NCBI GenBank assembly: GCA_019057475.1
Contig: DXJO01000008.1
Span: 73,943 to 137,942, forward strand
Origin: Candidatus Thorarchaeota archaeon
GTDB lineage: Archaea; Asgardarchaeota; Thorarchaeia; Thorarchaeales; Thorarchaeaceae
Length of the DNA: 64,000 bases
Direction of reading: 5' to 3'
Made by a program: the position numbers and the translations under genes. Each line of letters begins with the position of its first letter. The first letter of the stretch is position 1. The notes under the pieces were generated by a model. The model was not told the origin of the DNA and did no database searches. It saw nothing but the letters and a program-made list of their open reading frames with translations. Shown in pieces: positions 19,204-29,135 of the stretch.

Positions 19204-20404
19204 ACAGGGAGCCAAGCGCATGGATTACCAACTTGAGATTGAGAAGAGTCAGCAAGCATGTGAGATACTCGACGAACTCGACATCGCATCTTGGCTAGTC
19301 TGGGTCCGTGAGACCTCTCAGACTCCTGACCCAGTTCTGGAACTAATCCTGGGTGGTGATGTGGTTTGGCAATCTGCTTTCCTCTTCACCAAGGATGGTG
19401 AGAAGATTGGCATTGTTGGGAACTTCGATGTCGATGCAATTGAAGCAAAGGGCATCTATGACCGAGTTGTTCCGTACACCGAGGGTATCAGAGACCAACT
19501 GATTTCAGAACTCGATAAATTCCGCCCTCGTCAGGTTGCAATCAACTTCAGCAAAGACAATGTGGCTGCTGATGGTCTGACTGTGGGAATGTTGTTGAAG
19601 CTCAAAGAGTATCTGAAAGACACTCCTTACCTGACTCGTTTGGTGAGCGCGGAGGAAATCATCACACGACTCCGGGGTCGCAAGACCGAAAAAGAGGTTA
19701 CCTGCATTAGGTCAGCTATTGAGGTAACCGAGGCAATTTACGACCGGGCCAAGAGTTTTGTCAAAGTAGGGATGACCGAGATCGAGGTGTACCAGCATTT
19801 TCATGAACTCATGAAGGAACACAAAGTCACTAGTGCTTGGAACGCGGACCACAACCCCGCTGTCGATGCTGGTCCAGACAAGCAGTTTGGACACTCAGGA
19901 CCAACCGGGAATAAAATCAAGAAGGGACACCTATTGCACTTTGACTTCGGAGTGCGCTGGCAGGGCTATTGTTCGGACATTCAACGTATGTTCTTCTTCG
20001 GGCCTAAGTCGGCGATACCTGAGGAAGTGCAGACGGCATTCGAAACGGTGCGTGATGCGATTCAGGAAGCCTCTCTTTATATCTCCCCTGGAGTTCTGGG
20101 TTACGAGGTGGATGCACTAGCCCGCAAGTTCGTAAAAGATAGGGGCTACGAGGAGTATCAACATGCTCTCGGCCATCAGGTTGGTCGGCGCGCACATGAC
20201 GGTGGGACCCTCCTTGGTCCATTGTGGGAGCGATATGGAACCAGCCCGAAGGGCGTTGTTGAGGCCGGAAACGTCTTCACGCTTGAGCTCTACGTGACAA
20301 CGAGTAACTATGGACAAGTCAGTCTAGAAGAGGACATTCTGGTCACTCGAAGCGGCTGTCGATTCCTATCTAACCCGCAGAGCGAACCAATTTGTATAGA
20401 ATAA
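19196..20404 (+). CDS. M24 family metallopeptidase (Xaa-Pro aminopeptidase-like)
   Basis: A creatinase-like N-terminal domain plus a pita-bread C-terminal domain with HALGHQVGRRAHDGG and metal ligands. Confidence 0.65.
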   Translation: MNRQGAKRMDYQLEIEKSQQACEILDELDIASWLVWVRETSQTPDPVLELILGGDVVWQSAFLFTKDGEKIGIVGNFDVDAIEAKGIYDRVVPYTEGIRDQLISELDKFRPRQVAINFSKDNVAADGLTVGMLLKLKEYLKDTPYLTRLVSAEEIITRLRGRKTEKEVTCIRSAIEVTEAIYDRAKSFVKVGMTEIEVYQHFHELMKEHKVTSAWNADHNPAVDAGPDKQFGHSGPTGNKIKKGHLLHFDFGVRWQGYCSDIQRMFFFGPKSAIPEEVQTAFETVRDAIQEASLYISPGVLGYEVDALARKFVKDRGYEEYQHALGHQVGRRAHDGGTLLGPLWERYGTSPKGVVEAGNVFTLELYVTTSNYGQVSLEEDILVTRSGCRFLSNPQSEPICIE

Positions 20405-20407
20405 GAT

Positions 20408-21265
20408 TCAGGAATTCGCCAGTTCATCCATTGCTCCGGTTCGATACCCTCTAGCGTCGATAGCAACATAGGTGAATCCAACGGAGATTGCCAACTCGTT
20501 TAGCTCGTCGAGTTTGTTGGTGTCGAAGAGTTTGTCACGCTCGTCAGAACCTACTTCTATTCGCACAAGATCACCGTGGAATCGAGCTCGGATTGTACGG
20601 ACTTCGAATATTCGTCTGACTGCTTGTTCAATCGTATCTACCATGGTGACATATTTCTTTGTGATCTGCACTCCGTAAGGAAATCTGGTTGCTAAGCATG
20701 CCATGGAGGGTCTGTCTGCAACAGATAGTCCGTTCTCTCTTGCGTACTTGCGAATCTCATCCTTCGTCATGCCTGCATCCAAAAAGGGTGATGTCACTCC
20801 CATCTCTCTGAGAGCACGTTCGCCAGGTCTGTGGCCTTTCAGATCACTTGCGCTTGTGCCTTCAACGACCATGTCGAAACCTCGTTTGCTAGCGTATTCA
20901 ATCCAGACCTTAGCCAGCTTCTTCTTGCAGAGGTAACATCGGTCGCGGGGGTTCTTTGTGAACTCATCATCGTCCAGATGATCCACATGGATTATCTCAG
21001 ACCCAATTTTCAGCTCGTCTGCGACTTTCTTTGCATTTACAAGTTCAGACTGGGGTGACAGAATACTATCGATGGTGAGTAACACAACTCTGTCTGCATG
21101 CTTCTTAGCGAGGAGTGCAAGGACAGAGCTATCAACACCGCCGCTAAACGCAACTAATACTCGTTGTCCATTCAGAAGGCGCGCGATTTTGCTAAACTTA
21201 TCCTTGGAGTGTTCATTCATCGAAGTCTTGCCTGCTTTCGAGCTGATGGTCTTAAGGATTGGCAA
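20408..21265 (-). CDS. PP-loop ATP pyrophosphatase (TIGR00268/LarE-like sulfur transferase family)
   Basis: SGGVDSS PP-loop, RDRCYLCK, and ARFHGDLVRIEV, which is typical of LarE-like enzymes. Confidence 0.7.
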   Translation of the reverse strand: MPILKTISSKAGKTSMNEHSKDKFSKIARLLNGQRVLVAFSGGVDSSVLALLAKKHADRVVLLTIDSILSPQSELVNAKKVADELKIGSEIIHVDHLDDDEFTKNPRDRCYLCKKKLAKVWIEYASKRGFDMVVEGTSASDLKGHRPGERALREMGVTSPFLDAGMTKDEIRKYARENGLSVADRPSMACLATRFPYGVQITKKYVTMVDTIEQAVRRIFEVRTIRARFHGDLVRIEVGSDERDKLFDTNKLDELNELAISVGFTYVAIDARGYRTGAMDELANS

Positions 21266-21300
21266 ACTGACAATGCTTGAGGATCTTTCCGGGCTCTCGA

Positions 21301-23148
21301 TTACTTTCCTTTATTTGTTGACATGTAGGGGTCCTCATCAAAATCCATGTCGGTGTAACCCTGGTCCTCCAGAAGATGTTCCACGGATTCCGCTCCCTTT
21401 GTCCATTTTACCTGCCACTGACCCTCTTCAGTCAGCCTGAGCTCCACATCAGGCAGGTCTCCCAGAAGGTTGTGATCCATCTCAATAACATCTTGGTACG
21501 CGCCTGTCAGGGCCAGAACGAAGTAGGAGTCCTGGACATTCTCCAAGACACCAACAGGGATTCCTTCCTCCATCCCTTCCTTTGGCAAGGTTAGCGGCCG
21601 GTCATCTCTTGTGAACAGCGGCACATCAGTGACCTTTCTGTGGAACTGAGATATCTCACCGTCTGAGTCACAGGTAATATCTACCAAGCGCACAGTCGTT
21701 TCGGGTCTTACATGCAGGTCGCGAATAGGCACAATTGGGAAGTGTTGATGGACTAGAACATAGTCTCCTACACTGTTGAACACACTGAAGTTGCCTATCA
21801 CGATGTGCTCCGGATACCAGAAGCTTCTGGAAACAGAGCCCGATTTTAGTTGATTGAGTCCGTGCTTCTTCAGTTTCCTCCGAACTGCTGCTTCAAGCAC
21901 GCCCACCAACATCTCGCTCTCGAAGATTCCTTTTAGGGTGCCAGAGGTTTCAGTGAGTTCCTTATGGAATTTATTCCACGATTTCGCCAACTCATCAGCA
22001 GAACTTGATTTCTCAATCCGATCAAGCCATTGGCGCTCAGCCCTTTCCATTGCTTTGCTTTCGTAATCCTTCCGGGGAGGAAATACTGACCTCAACTCAA
22101 GTGCTCTGACCAACACGAGTGAGCCCAAGGCAGTAATTCCCCTTCCTGACTCTATGAGAATGGTCGGCGAAATGCCTTGGTGCTGGCTCTCCTTGAGGAT
22201 ATCCTTGATTCCCTGAACAAGTGATAGGGCGTACAACTCCATCAGGTCTGAGCGATGGGCGCTAGTGTAGTCAATTGGTAACCCTCCTCCGAAGTCGATA
22301 GTATCCAAGCCAGAGAGGCCCCTGTCGCGGAGCTCCAGGAATACCCGTGTCATGAACTGTGCAAAGCCCCGAAAGCTCGCCACGTTGATTATCTGTGAAC
22401 CAGCGTGGCCAAGGATAGTGGAAACAGAGGTCAAGAACCCAGTTTCCTTGAACAGCTCAATAACATCGAAGATATCATGGATGCTCATCCCAAACTTGGA
22501 GTCGCGCCCGGTCGAGTGTGACCAATGGCCTTCAAGAGTAAGATATGGTTTGAGCCGCAATACTAAATCAGTCATCTGTGGATTGAAGCGCTCGACAATC
22601 ATCCTAGCCTCATGCAAAGATTCCACTGACACTGACATTGTGTAGCCATTATCAATGCACTTCTGAATCATATCCAAATACTCTGGGTCTTTGGCACCAT
22701 TGCAGACGATGCGTCTGTGCTTTTCATTTTTGGTCACGTTACAAACTAGAATCAACTCGGACTTGGTCCCAACCTCAAGGCCGTATTCTGTGTCTGCAGC
22801 CAGCACGGGCAACACGAAGTCCCGCCGCTGGTTTACCTTCACTGGATATACTGCATTGAATTTGCCTTCATAGTTCAATTGCTTGATGGCTGAAGCGAAT
22901 GCAGTCTTTAGCTTCTTGACTTGAGAAATAATCAACTGAGGAAGTCGAAGAGTGAACGAGGATGTATAGCCAATGGTTTCTTCGGCATCTGATTTGGTTC
23001 GTCTGACAATTTCTGAGAAGGTTATGGTTGCCTCACCCATTCTTATGCAGAGCTCACCTTCTTCTGTAATGTCAAGAAAGTGCAAATCATTGCGGTCCAA
23101 CCCGTAGACCAGTTTCGATTGACCGATAGTCCACTCTTCTTCTTTCAC
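21301..23148 (-). CDS. speA: Biosynthetic arginine decarboxylase (PLP-dependent, SpeA type)
   Basis: 615 aa. AVYPVKVNQ carries the PLP lysine context. IDFGGGLPIDY. Overall SpeA architecture. Confidence 0.8.
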   Translation of the reverse strand: MKEEEWTIGQSKLVYGLDRNDLHFLDITEEGELCIRMGEATITFSEIVRRTKSDAEETIGYTSSFTLRLPQLIISQVKKLKTAFASAIKQLNYEGKFNAVYPVKVNQRRDFVLPVLAADTEYGLEVGTKSELILVCNVTKNEKHRRIVCNGAKDPEYLDMIQKCIDNGYTMSVSVESLHEARMIVERFNPQMTDLVLRLKPYLTLEGHWSHSTGRDSKFGMSIHDIFDVIELFKETGFLTSVSTILGHAGSQIINVASFRGFAQFMTRVFLELRDRGLSGLDTIDFGGGLPIDYTSAHRSDLMELYALSLVQGIKDILKESQHQGISPTILIESGRGITALGSLVLVRALELRSVFPPRKDYESKAMERAERQWLDRIEKSSSADELAKSWNKFHKELTETSGTLKGIFESEMLVGVLEAAVRRKLKKHGLNQLKSGSVSRSFWYPEHIVIGNFSVFNSVGDYVLVHQHFPIVPIRDLHVRPETTVRLVDITCDSDGEISQFHRKVTDVPLFTRDDRPLTLPKEGMEEGIPVGVLENVQDSYFVLALTGAYQDVIEMDHNLLGDLPDVELRLTEEGQWQVKWTKGAESVEHLLEDQGYTDMDFDEDPYMSTNKGK

Positions 23149-23176
23149 TCAACCACCCCTGACGATGTGCTCTTCT

Positions 23177-24649
23177 TCAGGACTCGTCTTCTTTGATGGA
23201 ATCAAGCATCCCTTGAAAAGCTCTAGCTAACTCACCGATCTCGTCGTCCTGTGAGATGTAGGTTGTATCAACCCTAAGGTCAATCGAGTCCAGACTTTCC
23301 TCCTTTATCATAGCTTCGACGTTTCTGGTTGCCAGATCCATGAGGTATTGCAGAGGTTTCGTAATCTGATTGGAGATCACGATGGCCACAGCTCCAGCTA
23401 CTATGATTCCGCCCACGGTGATAGCCAGGATGAATGCCAATGCCTGCTGATTGGCCGCATCGATTCTCTCTTCCAACGGTGGAATCGCGCTCAGCACTTC
23501 ATCTTCAGGAACAACGATAACAACGATGTAGTTGCCTCTCTCCACGCTAGCGTACACTAGAAGATGGGTTTCACCATTTCTGGTGTAAGTTAGATTCCCC
23601 ACTCCTCCTGATTGAACGCTTCTAATCTGCAGAAGCTGTGTGTCACTTAGAGCTTCAGTCGTATCGTTATTTATCTCCACTTCAGTCAATGGCATGAGAA
23701 TCTCGTTCTCTACCCAAAACTCTGCGTAATCCTCTGGGGATAGTTCCGGATGGGCGATGATTCCTCCTCCGGCCTTTTCGATGAGCGATGCATAGCCGCT
23801 CTCCAGGACCTGCACATCTAGAATCTTCTCGTTGATGTCTGCAACTGAGATGTCACCTGAGATGACGCCTATGATGGATCCATTGTCGTATCGCACGACT
23901 CTGCCGATGGATATGAGAAGAACCCCCTCGAATTCATCAAAGTACGGTTCGACATATGTTATGTCGGGACTTCCCGAGAGGATATCTATGTACCATGGCT
24001 GTGAGCTGGCAGAGTATGGGTGAATCGACCGATCAAGGATACTGCCTGGGTAGTTAATGAAGAGGTCATTCGTGAATGCTAGGTAGAGCCATCGAAACTC
24101 AGGCATCTGCTGATGGATGCCCTGGAATATGAAGTCGAGATTAGAGGCTCGTCCAAGCTTCTCTGCATTCGCATCGGCAGTGTCATTATAGTTCACTTCG
24201 TCTGCGGATGGATGATACCAACTGCTGTAATTCCAAGAAACGCTGAGCCCGTAGCCATCTTCGTAATGGGTATCATTGGGTTGTGGTCCTCCGGAGTTCT
24301 CAAAGAAGTAGTCATAGTATGCTTCTCGAGGTTGTACTGTGGAGTCGTCGCTGAATATCTGTTCGCACTCTTCAGCCATTGCTCGAATCATCCCCTCCGC
24401 GCTAGCCAGCTTCTGGTTGATCACAAGTGCGTTCTTCTCTGCAGTGAGTTCCATGTTTCTGATTGCTTGTTCTCGCAAAGCCGTAGCGCTGAGCGAAGTA
24501 GTGTCATCCCCGATGTATGTCATGAATTGCTGGGACACCACACCAGTGACAGCTAGCGATATCACTGAGATCAACACTAGTGAGATCACCACGCTCCTTC
24601 GGAAACTCCCTCTCTTCTTCGTAACGTTCTTTTTCTGTGCCATTTTCAT
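23177..24649 (-). CDS. Membrane sensor: TM - extracellular dCache-like domain - TM - HAMP, no output domain
   Basis: N-terminal TM helix. The Cache core reads RYDNGSIIGVISGDISV..LESGYASLIEKAGGGIIAHPE. A second TM follows. HAMP (PLQYLMDL...DEIGELARAFQGM), and the protein ends there. Confidence 0.65.
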   Translation of the reverse strand: MKMAQKKNVTKKRGSFRRSVVISLVLISVISLAVTGVVSQQFMTYIGDDTTSLSATALREQAIRNMELTAEKNALVINQKLASAEGMIRAMAEECEQIFSDDSTVQPREAYYDYFFENSGGPQPNDTHYEDGYGLSVSWNYSSWYHPSADEVNYNDTADANAEKLGRASNLDFIFQGIHQQMPEFRWLYLAFTNDLFINYPGSILDRSIHPYSASSQPWYIDILSGSPDITYVEPYFDEFEGVLLISIGRVVRYDNGSIIGVISGDISVADINEKILDVQVLESGYASLIEKAGGGIIAHPELSPEDYAEFWVENEILMPLTEVEINNDTTEALSDTQLLQIRSVQSGGVGNLTYTRNGETHLLVYASVERGNYIVVIVVPEDEVLSAIPPLEERIDAANQQALAFILAITVGGIIVAGAVAIVISNQITKPLQYLMDLATRNVEAMIKEESLDSIDLRVDTTYISQDDEIGELARAFQGMLDSIKEDES

Positions 24650-24658
24650 ATCGCCCCC

Positions 24659-27526
24659 TCAGTAATCAACCGTGGTTCCTCCCACTTCCATCTGAGCCAT
24701 AAGCACTCCAATCTCCTGGAACGCTCGCTCTATGTCACTACGTACGTCGCGACTATCGACCACAGAGAGGTATTGTCCCTGTGGGATTCCCAAGCACACG
24801 GATTCTAGTAGCTCTTCGATTGTCAACCGCTGTCCGGTCTTGGGGGACCTGATTCTCTTCTTCGTGTCCACTGGTGCCCTGAGCTCCCCGCCCACACCTA
24901 TTATGATTAAGTTCACATCTAGGTGGTTGTTCCTGACGTATCCCTCTATTGTGGATTTCCTGGTCTTCTTCAGACGCTGTTGAGGCGTGAATACCCCTTG
25001 GAGAGCATCAAGTGAGAAGTGCTTTGAGCTGTTGTCCTGGCCGTCAGTAAGGGCAATCACCCATCTATGTTCGCTCGACTCCACTCTGTCAAGCTCGACA
25101 AGTGCCTTTCCAAGAGCATCGTAGAATGCTGTCGCGTTGTTGGGATGCCTTAGAGCATCAAGTGTTCGATAGATTGGACTATCACGGGGGTTCTTGTATT
25201 CACCCTTCACGGTGAGTGGCAAAAGCTCGCGGAATCCAGAATTGAACACGATTATGCTCACTTCATCCTGCGGGTTAACCTGACTGTCAAGGATCTCCTT
25301 GGCTCCTGCAACAGCAGCCTTGATTCTATCCTGTGCTCGCATACTGCCTGAATAATCGATGACGAAGATCACACTCTTCTTGAACATAATTGACCGTCTA
25401 AGCTTCTCAGCTTGCCGTCTCAGCTCGTGGCTTGGCTTATTCAGGTGGTCCAAGACCTCAGCAAGTGCATTCATGCTATGGACTGCCAACCAGTACTCCT
25501 CGACACTCTGAGCGAGTTGGATGGATGCATCAAACTCCTTTTGGGCTTTTTTCCATTTGCTTTGGTCTGCAAAGAGATCGCCCATGTGGTAGTGTATGTA
25601 AGCTAAAGCTCGCTCGTAGTTCTCTGCCTTGGCAATTTTCTGAGCCTCTTTAAATCGTGAGAGAGCCTGACTGTGGCGTCCTGCCTTGAACAAGTTGAGA
25701 CCCATTGCATCGAAACGTCTAGCGAGTCCTCGATTGTTGCCGAGGGTACGGTCAATCGCTTCTGCATCTTCCAAGTACTTCATCGCCGCACCATAATCGC
25801 CGATGTCCATCTTAACAAGCGCCATGTTATGATACACCGATGCGATTCGGATCATTGCATCCGATTCGTCAGTGGTATCTGACTTGGCTCGCTTGAGCAT
25901 CCGATTGGCGATGGTTTGAGCCCGACCGTAGTGGTCTAGCGCATTGCCAGTGTCCCCTCGCTGTCTGAACACGTTGCCAATGTTCAGACTCATTGTCTGT
26001 TCCCCAATCTCAATCTTGAGCCTTCTACTGATCTCCAATAGGTTCTGGTAATTGGCTAGTGCTCGGTTCAAGTCGCCTCTGATGAATGCCTGGTTACCGA
26101 ATCTACAGGCTTCCTGGAAACTAAGTAGGGCGTCTACAGTTGTTCCTATCTCCTCGAACATCGCCCCTGTCACCGTGACTCCGCGTGTGAAGTCCTGTTT
26201 CGACATCTTCTCAACCATTTTGGTCATTTCATTGATTGGCTTGACCACGGCTCGTCCTCTTCTGTAGGATATGGCACCGACAACCACTGCCACAACAGCA
26301 AGGACTCCTCCCAGTGCTATCGTCAACAGAAGGGTTTCTTGCATCACAACGTTCAGTATATTGTTGGCAGGTTCAATGACCTCGTCAGCAGGAACCACGA
26401 TTGCAAGTGCGAAACCTGTGTTTGTCACATTGATGTGTGTGAGTATCCATGACTCTCCATCCTTTGTGAACTCAGTACTCCCTTGTCCTGCAGTGAAAGC
26501 ACTGCTAAGCACATCTTGGAAGTCTATTGCTTCCTGGCTTGCTTCAGAGTCAAATTCCAACTCGAAGATGCTTGGCTGATCCTCAGCAACAGTGTCCAAG
26601 TCTGGATGGGCCAAGACGGTACCGTCAGATGTAAGCAGGTACGCATATCCGCTATCAAGGACCTCTATATTCAGAACTTCAGATCGAATTGTTTCAACCG
26701 ACACATCTGCAGAAACAACGCCAATCAGTGTGCCATTATCATACCTAACAGGTCTACCAAATGACAACACCCAGTCGGTGCTTGGATCGAAGTTCAGTGT
26801 GAATGTAATTTCCTCGTTCATGACTCCCTCGACATTGGTATACCAAGTCTCGACGTTAGGGTCATAGTCGTTAGCTGGGTCAAGCCATACTCCGGGGTCC
26901 TCCTGCTGAAAGTACCAGAGATCATCATATGGGTAGTTCCTCATCAAATGCTGGTCGGATACTGCTGGGTCGAATCCCATGTACAGCCAGATGTAATCTG
27001 GATTCATCTTATGAAGTGCCCTGAATATGTTGACCATGTTTGAAGAGATATCTAGGGTATTGGCCGTCTTGGGAGAGAGGTCGAATGGATCACTGTTGCG
27101 ATAGTGCGGTCGCGGCATGTAGTAACAATCGACCGTAAATGATATTCTGTCCGAACCATACTCCTCCCAGAGCTCCTCCATGTCAGGCACAACAAAACCT
27201 GATTGGAGGAATTCGAGCTGCCAATCCCAGTAATAGCTGTGCCGAGTTGTGGCATTGATTTTCCCATTGAAGAGGTCCTCACAATACCTCTCCATCATGT
27301 AGACACCGTCCATGTAGCTCTGGGTTCTCTCCTCAATGTAGAGTCTAGTGTCATTTGATATTCGAAGGAGATTCGCTAGTTCCTCCTCGTGAAGTGCATT
27401 AGCAGCATCGCCAGCATTGTCTTGTGACACATTAAAGATAGTTGTCGCTGATAACGCTGAGATAATGAGAATCGGTATCAACGATACCGTCACGAACGTT
27501 ACAATGATTCGTCTGCTTATCTCCAT
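24659..27526 (-). CDS. Multidomain membrane protein: Cache-like sensor - TM - HAMP - TPR repeats - von Willebrand factor A domain
   Basis: Cache core RYDNGTLIGVVSADVSV..LDSGYAYLLTSDGTVLAHPD. Second TM. HAMP-like FEEIGTTVDALLSFQ. TPR-like helical repeats. vWA with the MIDAS motif VIFVIDYSGSM ... ALTDGQDN. Confidence 0.7.
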   Translation of the reverse strand: MEISRRIIVTFVTVSLIPILIISALSATTIFNVSQDNAGDAANALHEEELANLLRISNDTRLYIEERTQSYMDGVYMMERYCEDLFNGKINATTRHSYYWDWQLEFLQSGFVVPDMEELWEEYGSDRISFTVDCYYMPRPHYRNSDPFDLSPKTANTLDISSNMVNIFRALHKMNPDYIWLYMGFDPAVSDQHLMRNYPYDDLWYFQQEDPGVWLDPANDYDPNVETWYTNVEGVMNEEITFTLNFDPSTDWVLSFGRPVRYDNGTLIGVVSADVSVETIRSEVLNIEVLDSGYAYLLTSDGTVLAHPDLDTVAEDQPSIFELEFDSEASQEAIDFQDVLSSAFTAGQGSTEFTKDGESWILTHINVTNTGFALAIVVPADEVIEPANNILNVVMQETLLLTIALGGVLAVVAVVVGAISYRRGRAVVKPINEMTKMVEKMSKQDFTRGVTVTGAMFEEIGTTVDALLSFQEACRFGNQAFIRGDLNRALANYQNLLEISRRLKIEIGEQTMSLNIGNVFRQRGDTGNALDHYGRAQTIANRMLKRAKSDTTDESDAMIRIASVYHNMALVKMDIGDYGAAMKYLEDAEAIDRTLGNNRGLARRFDAMGLNLFKAGRHSQALSRFKEAQKIAKAENYERALAYIHYHMGDLFADQSKWKKAQKEFDASIQLAQSVEEYWLAVHSMNALAEVLDHLNKPSHELRRQAEKLRRSIMFKKSVIFVIDYSGSMRAQDRIKAAVAGAKEILDSQVNPQDEVSIIVFNSGFRELLPLTVKGEYKNPRDSPIYRTLDALRHPNNATAFYDALGKALVELDRVESSEHRWVIALTDGQDNSSKHFSLDALQGVFTPQQRLKKTRKSTIEGYVRNNHLDVNLIIIGVGGELRAPVDTKKRIRSPKTGQRLTIEELLESVCLGIPQGQYLSVVDSRDVRSDIERAFQEIGVLMAQMEVGGTTVDY

Positions 27527-27593
27527 CTATTTTCCTCCGAGCTATGATAATGCGTGCCTTTTTTTTCTGATTCCATTATGTCCCCTCCTAGTT

Positions 27594-29135
27594 CTAAACT
27601 GCCCAATGTTTCAGTTCCTTGTTTAGTCCAACCACGAATTCTCTGATGTCTTGACTCTTATCAAGAATAAACGAGTCGCCAATCAACTCGCCTTCAACCA
27701 AACCTTCTCCGAGAAGAATTAGCAGCGTTCTACGAAGAATCTGCCTGTCCACTCCGGTTTCCAGTTCAAGCATCTCGATATCTACGGTATTTTCGCCCCC
27801 GAGCACTTTGGCTACGGAAGTTCGCAACTTGTTTGGTGTAATCGGTTTCGCTTTCTTGAGCAACTTCAATTTGGTTCGTCCTGTCCGGACAAAGACATTG
27901 TCATCGAAGTGTCCCCTGATGATCTTCTTCTTTATCATCGTTTGAAGGCTTCGTCTAAGATTGTAAGCAGCTGGTTGTGCAAGCGTTCTCCTCAAGATTC
28001 GGTCCAATTCCTTCAGGGGAATTCGAGTGTGCTTTGATGTTATCGATTCAAGACTCTCTTGAAGAAACTCCTCAATCGCGTATTCATCGAGTATTTCCAG
28101 AGTCGCGCCGCAGGAATCACAGGTTGCTGCTTCTGGTGATGCATTTGCTCCGCAGTTACCACACTTGATTGCTCGACGGTAGAGAATCGTTTTCGTGGAT
28201 TCTATCTGTTGCAGTGTGATTCTTTCAGTCTTGGAAACCTCGGTTGTTTGTTCAACTTCCCAGAAACCTAGTCTTCGGTCACCCGTGCTCACCACTAAAT
28301 ACGCAATGTCGGACACATCATCCGGGGTGCCTGTTGCAATTGCCTTGGGTGTTGCCGAGAGCTCAATCCTGGCAACCTCGCGACCATCGAGGTCCCAGAC
28401 TCTAAGATGAGTCGAATGATTGCCAGTCACAAACAGCCTTCTTTCTCCAAAGGCTAGAACTCCGAACACAGTCACAGTCTCTCCAAGCTGAAACCGCTTC
28501 AGCTGGTATCCAGCTGACGTGAGTATCGTGATTGTGCCATTTCTCTCAGCGATGACCACTTCGAGCTGGGAGTCGTTGGTGATATCTTCCAACCAGACAT
28601 CGCAGAGCGGGCTATCCATAGTCCTACTAAACAGTGCCATCTTGTCATCGTTCCAGAGGATTACTCTTCGATTTTGAAGCGCAACCACAACTTCAGCTGC
28701 AGAATCCCCATCGACGTCTCTGGAGTCACAAGCAAGAATTGGGCTCTCTAGGTCAATGTTCCACATTGGTTGACCCCTACAGGTAACGACGAGAACCTTT
28801 TTCCCGACGCCCCCGACAAGCGCATCATCCCCTTCTCCTTCCACATCTGCAACAGCAATACATCTGACCTTACTACTCCATTTTCTGGAAGCCCTGAGTG
28901 ATCCACGAGTGTCGTAGACCCTTAATCGGTCTCCATAGTCGAGAGAGAAGACTTGTGACCTTGCATCTGGTCTTTGTCTCACATACAAATTGTACGCGCC
29001 AGCAGAAGTAGCTACCTTCGCAACCGAGTGAATCCGCACTAAGCCAAGCACCATCCTTGATGTTCTCGTGAAACGATATAAGTGTGCACTCCGAAAAGAC
29101 CACCTTGTAATGAGTCCTTCCCCTGAAGACTGCAC
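27594..29135 (-). CDS. FG-GAP-like beta-propeller repeat protein with C4 zinc ribbon and C-terminal helical (possible winged-helix) domain
   Basis: Repeated D-x-D/E-G-D-xxAE-VVV motifs (ADVEGEGDDALV, SRDVDGDSAAEVVV, ...). CGNCGANASPEAATCDSCG. A basic helical C-terminus. No signal peptide seen. The start is uncertain. Confidence 0.5.
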   Translation of the reverse strand: MQSSGEGLITRWSFRSAHLYRFTRTSRMVLGLVRIHSVAKVATSAGAYNLYVRQRPDARSQVFSLDYGDRLRVYDTRGSLRASRKWSSKVRCIAVADVEGEGDDALVGGVGKKVLVVTCRGQPMWNIDLESPILACDSRDVDGDSAAEVVVALQNRRVILWNDDKMALFSRTMDSPLCDVWLEDITNDSQLEVVIAERNGTITILTSAGYQLKRFQLGETVTVFGVLAFGERRLFVTGNHSTHLRVWDLDGREVARIELSATPKAIATGTPDDVSDIAYLVVSTGDRRLGFWEVEQTTEVSKTERITLQQIESTKTILYRRAIKCGNCGANASPEAATCDSCGATLEILDEYAIEEFLQESLESITSKHTRIPLKELDRILRRTLAQPAAYNLRRSLQTMIKKKIIRGHFDDNVFVRTGRTKLKLLKKAKPITPNKLRTSVAKVLGGENTVDIEMLELETGVDRQILRRTLLILLGEGLVEGELIGDSFILDKSQDIREFVVGLNKELKHWAV

